The translations under genes were made by a program, and so were the position numbers. A model generated the notes under the pieces. The model did no database searches and had not been told where the DNA came from. It saw nothing but the letters and a program-made list of their open reading frames with translations. DNA of 64,000 bases, taken from contig OX337234.1 in assembly GCA_946965045.2 (NCBI GenBank), forward strand, positions 2,914,001 to 2,978,000, given 5' to 3'. Positions 22,635 to 32,163 of this stretch are shown piece after piece (within the stretch, counting starts at the first letter, position 1; each line of letters starts with the position of its first letter). The stretch is from Epithemia pelagica. Lineage: Eukaryota > Protista > Bacillariophyta.

Positions 22635-23229
22635 AACTTTTGTGAAGGAAGCATTTTCGAGATCACTACCTCGTTTGAGATTTGTTTTTCAGAGTAGGTA
22701 GATAAGGTTAATACCTCTTGATATGTTTTTTCTGACTACCTAGATAAAAGGTTTAGTGTTATATCTCTTGAGAAAAGCGCGCGAGAATGTTTGCACCGTG
22801 TTTACGGCAAACGTACATCATGATGTTCAATACCTTCTTGGTCAAGAATATTGATGGCCTGCGGTTTAGTCTTAAACTCTCTCCATTCTCGGTATCGCTT
22901 ACCGAGACGAAATCCTCTCCACGATAGCATTGCTGTTACCAGATTCTCATGAGAAAGGAGGCGTTTTGCATCCGTCGTTCGCTTCCATTCACGAGAGAGC
23001 ATGTCATGCGGAGTCAAGTAGTACAACAGTACAACCCCAAATTGACTTCTTGTTGGCTCATGTGTCGTTCGACCATCTGGGAAGAAATGACTGGAACAAT
23101 TATTGTGTCGGCTTCAAAAATTGCTTTAGAATCCCTCACGCCCCAACTTTGAAAACAGCCGTTCTGGTTGTTGTATTTCCTCGCAAATGAAGACCCTTGT
23201 TATTATCCTTGATGGCTTGAATCTTGTCT
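22635..23229 (+). repeat. Local duplication, copy A; homologous to about 24896-24939 plus 38063-38556 (copy B, split by the transposon)
   Basis: gtttgagatttgtttttcagagtaggtagataaggttaatacctcttg occurs at 22673 and 38063. Homology continues, with substitutions and small indels, to gaatcttgtct (23229 / 38556). gaagcat.ttcgagatc occurs at about 22650 and 24918. Confidence 0.9.
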
Positions 23230-24682
23230 TCTATTTCGAAACGAATGAGCTTGTTGCTCTGTTACCACTATTTTTCACAAATCTCTTGGGCACCGGTTAT
23301 CCAGGGATTCGATTTCGGTCCTTGATTGGTCGCTGTTCGTGCGACTAGCCATCTCCTGATTCAACACTACCGCTGTGTATTTCCTGATCATCAAAGGACC
23401 CTGTCTCGATCTTTCTTCGGACTTTGGCAAGAATAATGGGAAGCGCACCGCAGGCACAAGCCCAGGCTTCAAGCTCGACACCATCGGTCGATTGAACTAC
23501 GTGGTTGTTGTTATCACTGGAAAGACGAATCTGCTTCAAGTCACGGTGGAACGGACCCATTGAAATGCCAAGGGTTTGCCACTCGGCACTAAAATCGCGT
23601 TCGTCGTCGCCCATATCATCCGGGTGCTTTTGAAACCATTGGATCACGGAGTCCACAACGAACCGGACAATTTCCGCAGCTGAATCACCATCTTCTGGAG
23701 TCAACGCGAGGGCCCTTTCCATTGATAGGTACCATTGGCTGCTGTTTTGGAAAAATGGGCAGTGGAATGCACTCTCTTTTACATGAACAATCTCTCTCCG
23801 AATCAGATCTTCGAGTCTGCCGAGTGAAGAATGGGGCAACAGTACATGTTCGTGACGCAACAAACATGTACGTAGCGACTTGTACACTTGCTGAAATGTT
23901 TCGTCGAGACTATGTGAGCCTCCTTCATCCACAAAACGTTTGACGGCAACAAGAAGTGAACATGCCACGGAGTCTCCAACAGGTCGGGACATGCGTAGGT
24001 TGTCTGTCTCGTTTTCCAAAGACGGCTCGGTCTCATTTTGACCCTGAAAGCCAACACGAAAAGCCCATAAAGCTTCGTTCTTATCACAAACAACCGGCAC
24101 AGTGTCGTTATTGTCGAAAACATTTGCCTTGACATTCGTGTCGAATCTGTGCCATTGCTTCTGTGGCGGGATATTTCCCTCCAAGTGAGCCACCGCGTAG
24201 ACAGAGTTGGAGATATCCAAAATAGTCAGATCCGTTGCGTTGCTACCAATTTCATGGTAACGAACGACCCTGCGCCCGATCGATATATTGCCACCACCAA
24301 AGTTTGCGAAGCCGTGGCCGGTGATGAGTCGTATACTACAAGCAGGGAGGGGAAAAGCTTCCTCCCCAGAACGCGCTCTCGCATAAATATCTTGAAAATA
24401 CAGACGATATTCATCGGGCAGGATCGGTGTAGATCGGTCCACCACCAAATCACGAAAGACGCGGTCAAGTTGATCCACAGCCGCTCCGAGGAACCCCGGC
24501 GCCAAGGTCAATTCCACTTGAGCGGCGGGGACGTTCAACACAAACGGCGTCAACGCAATTGTGTAAAAATACCACAGATTCTCTTCATAACGAGGCAGTC
24601 CGCCATCGCTGTAGATTAGTTGAACTGTCAAGCTTTCCATGTCCAAATTCAAGAAGTGTGGCTGTTTTTGTGGATGAAGCAT
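22802..24682 (-). CDS. Uncharacterised protein; main ORF 23345-24682 plus probable 3' exons 23140-23230 and 22802-23076
   Basis: The 445-aa ORF has a globular-looking composition. A GTGAGG..CAG intron at 23077-23139 joins two downstream frames in phase (KTRFKPSRII..LG-H-GRTTHE..DVRLP*). The link to the main ORF is not resolved. Confidence 0.5.
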
Positions 24683-24941
24683 TACCCCCCAGCGAGGGGT
24701 GAGTGAGTCCCGCAGGCCTCAGTCGGGAAAAAGTAAGGGAATGCAACAAAAAGGGCGACTGACCGGGTCGCCCCTGCTTGGGGCTATATGAAGCATTAGG
24801 TATCTCTCCCCAACGTTGGAAAGGCACCGTTGTGCTGCCCCCTACCCCTACCCCCAGAAATAGAGGTGAGTAGTCGGGTCGCATGTGTGTCGTGCTTTTG
24901 TGTTTGAAAATATGGTGAAGCATGTTCGAGATCCTACAATA

Positions 24942-24966
24942 CCGTAAATTGCGTTAGTTAAGCACC
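24942..24966 (+). repeat. Left terminal inverted repeat (25 bp)
   Basis: Perfect inverted match to 38032-38056. Confidence 0.95.
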
Positions 24967-24991
24967 GCCGGAATTAACGCCAATCGTAAGC

Positions 24992-25041
24992 GAGCAGTGT
25001 ATAGCTGTCTCCCATATATGGGAGACAGCTATGCACTGCTC
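24992..25041. repeat. 50-bp near-perfect subterminal palindrome, with a degenerate counterpart at about 28837-28888
   Basis: gagcagtgtatagctgtctcccata|tatgggagacagctatgcactgctc has one mismatch. The right-hand copy reads gagcagctggctgtttcccataaaatttatgggagacagctatatac. Confidence 0.9.
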
Positions 25042-25342
25042 CCTTAACTTTGACTTTCATTAACTTCGTCCAAAACCAAATTCTATCAAATCTGACTTCA
25101 TCGTTGGAAAGATCTTGAAATTCTGAACAACTTCATATATGATAGTCTACAGTAAATACACAGTCATTAGCGTGATATTTTGCTTTGAAAAATTGGCGAT
25201 TTTCCTCATTTTTGTTCATTTCGATCATCCTTCGCCCAAGGCCCAACTTTGGACCCTTCTATATTCATACCCTCTCAGCCGATCGTTGCAAGACTCTCCA
25301 TTCTGTCGATCAACATAGTGAAGAAGACGTCCACGAAAGGCA

Positions 25343-28300
25343 ATGTCGTCTGCAGTTGTACCTACGGAGAACGACGATCACGAGTCCTCACAGCCGAATT
25401 CGTCACAGTCACTCCTCGATGAAGATACTGATCAACCCGTCGCACCTCAAGCCCATACCTATCCAGATTCTGACCAACATACCAATCCACATTTCCCGCA
25501 ACCTCATGCTGATGGACACCAAGAAGCTGTCGACCATACAGCGGTAGCACAAGCTACTGTGAATCCACCAGAAACCAATCCAACCATCGATCCAATAACA
25601 CAGGAAACACAGACCGAGACGCAATTACCACTGCAACATCCTCTCAAGCAGCGTTCCCGATTCAGCTACTCGAAACGGTCTTTTGTGGCTCACGATGATT
25701 TCTGGATTCACCCCAACTTCTACGAAGAATTTCGCCGTCGGTTTCGACCGAATCTTACTGACCGCCCCCTTCGTCTTCTTGGCCGAATTGTTGAATGTCC
25801 GTCGAAGAAGAATGGAAATGTGTATGCAATTGTATGGGACAACCTTCAAATTTCCAACCTAAACATCCCACAAACCTGGATCAAGACACGGTTTGTCTCA
25901 ACACAATCTGTGAAGCAGAAGCTTCGTCACTTCATTGAAGTGTACGTTCCTCACCTGGACCCTCCAACTTTCAATAACATTCCGACTAATAGTACGGCCA
26001 ACAACGACAATCCAACCAACAACAACAATCCGACCAACAACAACAATCCAACCAACAATAACAATACTGCATCACGTTCACAAAGCCAACGTAGAGGAGC
26101 AGAGCAACCTCCTCCTTCGACCGCTGAACGAGCACAGAGAAGAGCAGCGATCAGGGACATTGCGGACGCCAGTCTTCGACGTTCTCCCCGCCGCCATGCA
26201 AGTTCATTGTCCAATCCACCATCAACTCAAGAGCGTGCACAGGGACGTGCAACTCTCATGACTGCACCAGAAGGAGGACCCTCTCCGTCCCCTCTTGAAA
26301 ATGGAGAGAACAACGATACTCCAATCAACCAAGTTGCAACACGTCTTTTTGGAAGCACAAGTACCGGTGCCTCGATGGTCACGACAAGACAGCAGCATCA
26401 AAACAACAGTACAGCCGAAGAATCTGAGGATGACAACGACTATTCCTCGGACGAAGATAACAATGGTGGCTATGATCTGGACGTGAATGACACTGTTCAC
26501 CGTAATATCGATCCACTCGACGACTACGAGGACAATGAAGAAGAGGATGGGGACATCAACAACGAAGAGGACGATACTTCTACAGCGTCCAACATTGATG
26601 AAGATCCCAACAATTCAACAAATTTGAAGGTTTTGATCGACAATTTACACTTCCACTACAAAAACATAGAGGCATCTGACAGACCTTTCTCGTGGGTCGG
26701 CCAAGAAAACCATCACCGCTCCATGTTCCGCGGTGGCGATGGTCTGAAGGTAGGGGTTGCGGATGAGTTTCAAACACCCTTTGATTGTCTCCGTGTCGTT
26801 GGAGGATTGTCCAAATCCATCATATCGGGCATGGCAGCGGCTACAAACAAATATTTCCACAAGAAGATTCGACCCAATCTTATGGGTCGCCGAGGATATT
26901 TCCACTCTCAGAAGTGGCAGGACGTCACATTACAAGAAATGACCCGTTTTCTTGGGATCATTCTCATGATGTCTTTACGACCACTCGACAGTGGCGGGTA
27001 TGCAGCGTACTTTCAGCCAAGCAACACAATGTACAGTCTTGGAACTGCCATTCCATCAGTGGAGATCCTGGATAGTGCTGGTTGGGCGACAAGGTACATG
27101 CGTCTTGCTCGGTTCCGTCAAATCAGAGGAGCTTTCCACCCAGAGTCGAAAGAGGCGGGACGAGGAGGTGACAAGTGCTTCCAACTCCGAAAACTTATCC
27201 AGGCTGTAAACGCAGCTTCAAAGAGATCCTTTCTGATCCCACAGGATCTTGCTTTCGATGAAGGTAGTATTGGTTGCCGGTCAAGGTACTGCCCGGTCCG
27301 ACAGTATAACAAGGACAAACCGGCAAAGTTTCGGGTGGACTTTTTCATTCTTGCGTCGTCCACTAGCTACGCTATTTTACACATGGACGTCTATCAGGGT
27401 AAGAATGCTACGAATTCGTACATTCGCGAGGAGGCTAAGCAACTTCCAACAACAATGAAGGCAGTCGTCAACGCCTGCTATGCTCTTGAACTCAACAAGG
27501 AAACAAGAGGATTCAGACATTTATCGTTGGATAACAGGTATGCTGCACCGCAGCTAATGGTAATTCTACGAGACCGTCTCAACGTCCTAGCTACTGGGAC
27601 TGTGCGCGTCAACCGTGTGGGATGGAGCAAAGTTCTCATGGATTTGAAGAAAACAAAGACAAACCGTGGAACCATGAAATTGGGACATGACGAAGTGAAT
27701 GGCATTGTAATTGGACAGTGGGTTGACTCAAAATGTGTCAATTTTGTCACGAGCTATGAGAATGTTGGGACGGGGAAGATCAAACGGCAGGTCGGTCCAA
27801 TCAAGATAGAGTTTCCGTGCCCCCAGCCCTTGATACGGCACCAAGACAACATGGGGGGGATTGACCATGGTGACCAAATGCGGTGCCAGATGGGCCGTTT
27901 TGCCACTCATGGACATTTTAAGAAGTGGTACAAGAAAACTGGTCTGGGCATCATGGACATTATGCTCTTGAATGCATTCATCGCTTGGAATCTCTCCGCC
28001 AGGGAACGACTTCGGTCCAGGCGTACAAAACTTACGAGGCATGATTTCTACACGTGTGTAGCCCAAGCAATGTGTAGTTATGTGGATACCGAGGAGATTG
28101 ATGCTTTGGCACGGCGGACCCAACAAAACACACGACCAACTTGTGAAGATGGTCACTACCCCATCCCTTTGGAGTGCAATAAAAAGGTTCCTTGTGTCGT
28201 TTGTTTATTGGAGTTTCGGTGGAAACGGAAGGAATTGGGAATGAAAGGACTTTTCTCGAATATTGGCCAATGTGCCAAATGTGGTATTGTCGCGCATTTA

Positions 28301-28630
28301 GTGAATTGTAAGGATGAACGAGAAAATGGATGGAAGATCCATAAGATGCCTCAATTTGCAGACCATACGTGCTTTGAGATTTTGCATTCGGTTCACGGTA
28401 AGGAGATATTCATGTGCCGTCCGGCGGAAGCGGGGATCAACTCCAGATACAAGTACACAACCAAGAAAAATCACCCTCTTGTGATGGAGTTGCGAGAGAA
28501 ACACGGCCTGTCTCCGGAGTTTACAAGGAAGAGACGATGGGTTGCATCATCAGTCTCTATGGAAGAAGAAGACGAGAGTGATAACAACAGTGGTGAGAAC
28601 AATGAAACAACAGAAATCCATGAATTGTAA
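25343..28630 (+). CDS. piggyBac-family (DDE_Tnp_1_7-like) transposase, 1095 aa, intact
   Basis: Catalytic-type motifs DLAFDEG, LSLDNRYAA and MGGIDHGDQ; upstream LQEMTRFLGIILMM and MRLARFRQIRGAFH; C-terminal Cys-rich CVVC..CAKC..AH. Confidence 0.9.
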   Translation: MSSAVVPTENDDHESSQPNSSQSLLDEDTDQPVAPQAHTYPDSDQHTNPHFPQPHADGHQEAVDHTAVAQATVNPPETNPTIDPITQETQTETQLPLQHPLKQRSRFSYSKRSFVAHDDFWIHPNFYEEFRRRFRPNLTDRPLRLLGRIVECPSKKNGNVYAIVWDNLQISNLNIPQTWIKTRFVSTQSVKQKLRHFIEVYVPHLDPPTFNNIPTNSTANNDNPTNNNNPTNNNNPTNNNNTASRSQSQRRGAEQPPPSTAERAQRRAAIRDIADASLRRSPRRHASSLSNPPSTQERAQGRATLMTAPEGGPSPSPLENGENNDTPINQVATRLFGSTSTGASMVTTRQQHQNNSTAEESEDDNDYSSDEDNNGGYDLDVNDTVHRNIDPLDDYEDNEEEDGDINNEEDDTSTASNIDEDPNNSTNLKVLIDNLHFHYKNIEASDRPFSWVGQENHHRSMFRGGDGLKVGVADEFQTPFDCLRVVGGLSKSIISGMAAATNKYFHKKIRPNLMGRRGYFHSQKWQDVTLQEMTRFLGIILMMSLRPLDSGGYAAYFQPSNTMYSLGTAIPSVEILDSAGWATRYMRLARFRQIRGAFHPESKEAGRGGDKCFQLRKLIQAVNAASKRSFLIPQDLAFDEGSIGCRSRYCPVRQYNKDKPAKFRVDFFILASSTSYAILHMDVYQGKNATNSYIREEAKQLPTTMKAVVNACYALELNKETRGFRHLSLDNRYAAPQLMVILRDRLNVLATGTVRVNRVGWSKVLMDLKKTKTNRGTMKLGHDEVNGIVIGQWVDSKCVNFVTSYENVGTGKIKRQVGPIKIEFPCPQPLIRHQDNMGGIDHGDQMRCQMGRFATHGHFKKWYKKTGLGIMDIMLLNAFIAWNLSARERLRSRRTKLTRHDFYTCVAQAMCSYVDTEEIDALARRTQQNTRPTCEDGHYPIPLECNKKVPCVVCLLEFRWKRKELGMKGLFSNIGQCAKCGIVAHLVNCKDERENGWKIHKMPQFADHTCFEILHSVHGKEIFMCRPAEAGINSRYKYTTKKNHPLVMELREKHGLSPEFTRKRRWVASSVSMEEEDESDNNSGENNETTEIHEL
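26009..26062 (+). repeat. 18-bp coding tandem repeat x3 (NPTNNN) in the transposase N-terminus
   Basis: aatccaaccaacaacaac x3 with minor substitutions. Confidence 0.85.
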
Positions 28631-29315
28631 AAGCAGCATTATATAAGTACCATAGTAGAGACAAACTTACCATCGACATGGTGGGGATTGCTTTGACAAT
28701 TCAATGATATGTTGCTTGTACCATTCGAGACATGGATAGATGACCTTCGCTGTGATGATTGCCGAAAAAATGAGACCTGTGTTTTAAGGTTAAAACACAC
28801 TCTTTTAAGGCGGTCTTAAGGGAGACAACTTATGCGAGCAGCTGGCTGTTTCCCATAAAATTTATGGGAGACAGCTATATACTATTCCGATAAGCTTAAA
28901 ACCCGTTCTTTACGAATGGCGTTAAGCACCACTTGCCATATTATCGTGTACATTTGCCCGCCATAGATTATTTACCGGTCGCACAAGCGAGCCTAGCATC
29001 CCATCGTGCTGTACGTTAAACGACCATAATGTGCTCAAGCTAATCTGGCGATACAAGAATCAAGAGGTAAACTGACGAATGAACAACTGACACACGGGTC
29101 GAATAAGCGACCGAATATCCCAAGGAGATTTCGTGCGTATCTTGAAGATCAAAGATCTACCAGTTTGCATGAACTCAACTTTGGAATGAAAGTTGATCGG
29201 GTCACTGTCTTTCAGGTTGATTGTTGGTTGAGGTGCTATACGTTGCAGGTATTGTATCTCTTCTTGTGACTATCTGAATTTTGTTTGTTGTCGACTTCGC
29301 CCTGCCACCGCCCCC

Positions 29316-32163
29316 ATGTCTTCGTCTGGCTTCTCTGCTCGCGCTTCGCTTTATCGCGATTTGCGTTCTGGTTCGCGTACTGAGCGTTCCGCTTCCCCGG
29401 TGTCTTTTCCGCCTCCTGCTCCGCCGCTCACGTCTCCTTCGGGTGAACTCGCGGTGGCTTTGTCGGACCTTGGCTTGGGGGTGGGCGTATCGACTGTGCA
29501 GGACCCTTCGGCGCGGGGCTCTCGTGGCTCTGCGTCGGCTAGTATGGGGGGGGGGGGGGGGGGATTTTGTGTCCGTGCCCTCCGGTCGTTCGTTTGGGGA
29601 CCAGTTCTTAGTGGATGCCACGATGGATCCCGGTGCGAGCACGGAAAGTCGCGAGTCCTTCTCGTTAGGCGGTCTCACGGAGACAGATTTGCTTGCGGCC
29701 ACTCTTCGCGTGGAAGCTCAAGCTGCGAATCGTTTCTCGGTGCAGGAAAGTTCGAACGAGGGACGCGAATCTTCCGCTAGTTTGTTCAAGAGTATCGTTA
29801 AACCGGAAGCGGCTAAAGCGGCTCGCGACACGAGTCAGTTTGCGGATTACGGCCTCGCGGAGACGCGAGAAGTGTCCTTCCATCCGGACGCTCGGTCCAA
29901 TCTTACGAAAGGTGAGCTTCCCGCGATTGCTGAGACTAACCCTAGTGTGAACTATCCTGCCGAGTTGCAAAATTCGGTTGCTCTATTTGCAGTTGATTTA
30001 AAGGAAGACAAGTTTTGTGGTGCAGTCGTGGGAGTTGCGGGCAAGTTCTGCCTCCATCTTAAGGGCCAGTGCCCCAAGAAATCGCATCATAAGGCATCTT
30101 CGTTCCTGGGCAGTCTTCGAGACCAAGGCATCGAAGAATGTTTGTTCATTTGCGTCCCTGTGCCGAAAGGCAATCTTAACCATGGCCAGCTTCCGACGCT
30201 TGCTTTTCAAGACCCGTTCCTGGAAACAACTTGGTTGGGTCGCTCCAAGGTTCAAGAAATGCTCCAAGCTCATAAGCCCGTATGGCTATGGTCGTCTATG
30301 TTCGCAATGCTCAGTGGCGAGATGCAGGGTCAGGAAAGGGAGCTAGCGAGTAGCGCTTTGCCAGGGACGCCTCTTTGTCACAAATCGGTAGAGCAGCTCC
30401 AAGCTGATGCAACCCAAACAGCTTTCACCCCAGCTCGTCGCTTGGAATTGGAAGACGTGGAAGTACCTTCCCCAACCAGTGAAGAGAGCGAATTGGAAGA
30501 TGTGGATCCATTGCTCGACGAAGATACTTTTAAAAATCGAGTGTCCCGCAACACGGTTACCACGGCTCAGGTACAACGCGCCACAGCGTCGGAACTCACG
30601 ACCATGCGATTGCGCCAAGCGGAGCAAAACCAACTCCTGAATGTACTTGTGGACAAGGTGAATGTCCTCAGTGGATTGTTGGGAGCTCCTCCTGAAGATT
30701 CAGGAGCCACGACGGTATGGCAAGCCATCAGCGAGTGGCATCAGAATCAAGAGAAAAAGAAGATTAACCCGGCGTTGTTGGAAGCCATCAAGGAAACACA
30801 GGCTCTCCACGGGGCCAGCTTTCAACGAATGTATGATTCAATCAATACACTGACCAACAAGCTACATGACACGAAGGGCGAGGCTATCCATTCGTCCAGG
30901 AAAGAAGTCGTAGCCATGCTCACAGGCGAGGTGAACAAAGCCATTTGGGCGGAGCTGTCGAAGGTTTCACCCACCCTCAAGGTAGCTGAGAAGTTTTTTA
31001 TTCGAGGTGGATTGTCTGAATTCGAGGAGCACATTCGACGGACGACAGCGGATGCTGTTCGAGCCGCGGGCGGCACCAATGGACAGTCATCGCTTTTCAA
31101 TTTGTCTCAAGCAGAAGTTGAAGACATCAAGCGGTTGATTGTTAAATTGGAAGAGGAAAGCGAGCTCAACAGAGTGCGCCTCACAGATATTGAAGCACGT
31201 TCAGAGAATTATACTGTCGAGATTGAGGGCAAGCAATTTTCTTCCTTGTCGCAGGTCACGGCTTTTGTTGCTTCCAACAACGTCCCTTCCTCTGTTCTGA
31301 AGTTTGTGGATGCGATCAGTCTGATGGAAAAAACCACGACGGGATCGCAGAGTTTCACGGAAAACGTGGACGTCCACTATCGCGGACAACGTTCCAACAT
31401 GGAGTCGCCCAGCGATCAAAAGGGGCTGTATTCGTTTCAGCTCATTGCACCCACGGCATTGGCCGGGACACCGGACCAGGCCCGAACTAATCCAAGAAAA
31501 CTGGCCCGAATGGACACGTATCAAAAATTCAAGGGGTCAGGGTCGAGAGACATGGGAGCGGCGAACATGATTCGGAAAATGATCGCCGACAAGTACCCAC
31601 CGTTGTTGTCTGAGATTGAAGCATCAACCATGTCTCGAGAAGCGAAAGCGATAGCGCGCTTTTTGCTGACGGAGTCTCGTAATTTTCTCGACTCTCTCTT
31701 CATATTCATGAAGGACCAAGTTGAAGATTATGGAGCCGACACCAAGCTCTCGGAGACACGTCGATGGGACCTTGTACAAAATATCACCAGAATTGTCTTT
31801 GAGGTCATTAGTCAACCAAGACGAGGTTGCAGTGAAATCACGCTCAACCAGGCGACTTCGCCAGACCGAGCTCCGGAATTGCTGTGGTCTGTTCTTCAAT
31901 CTCATCGATTGCAGAAGGAATTTCTGGACCATAATTTCAAAAACCACCCCAAGGTGGGACCGATGCTAACGCATTTCTTGCTTGATGTGGTAAGCTTCCA
32001 CGACGATGTTAATCCCATCGTAGATGATACCAAGAAAGCACTGAGTGAAGCACAACAAGCAAAAAGGAAAGTTGATGCTGTTGAAAGCCAAGTCAAAAAC
32101 TTGCAAGGACGTTTACCATCGAAGAAAGCCAAAGCGAATAAAGAAAACTCGGATCAGGCGTGA
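29316..32163 (+). CDS. Gag-like ORF1 of the YR retroelement, with an apparent 1-nt frameshift in an 18-G run (29546-29563)
   Basis: MSSSGFSARAS.. from 29316 runs to the G tract; the long frame continues DFVSVPSG... Cys/His motif C-x10-C-x6-C-x4-H (CGAVVGVAGKFCLHLKGQCPKKSH), coiled-coil segments and a C-terminal FKNHPKVGPMLTHFLL region. Confidence 0.7.

Noticed and set aside
29060-29125. Hammerhead-like core CTGACGA in the retroelement leader (and ctgatgg at ~37430)
   Set aside because: The required downstream GAAA and the three-stem junction could not be built.
29281-29620. ORF-track start of gag at 29281 (TTG)
   Set aside because: The first ~90 codons are the off-frame reading of the ATG-29316 frame upstream of the G18 run.
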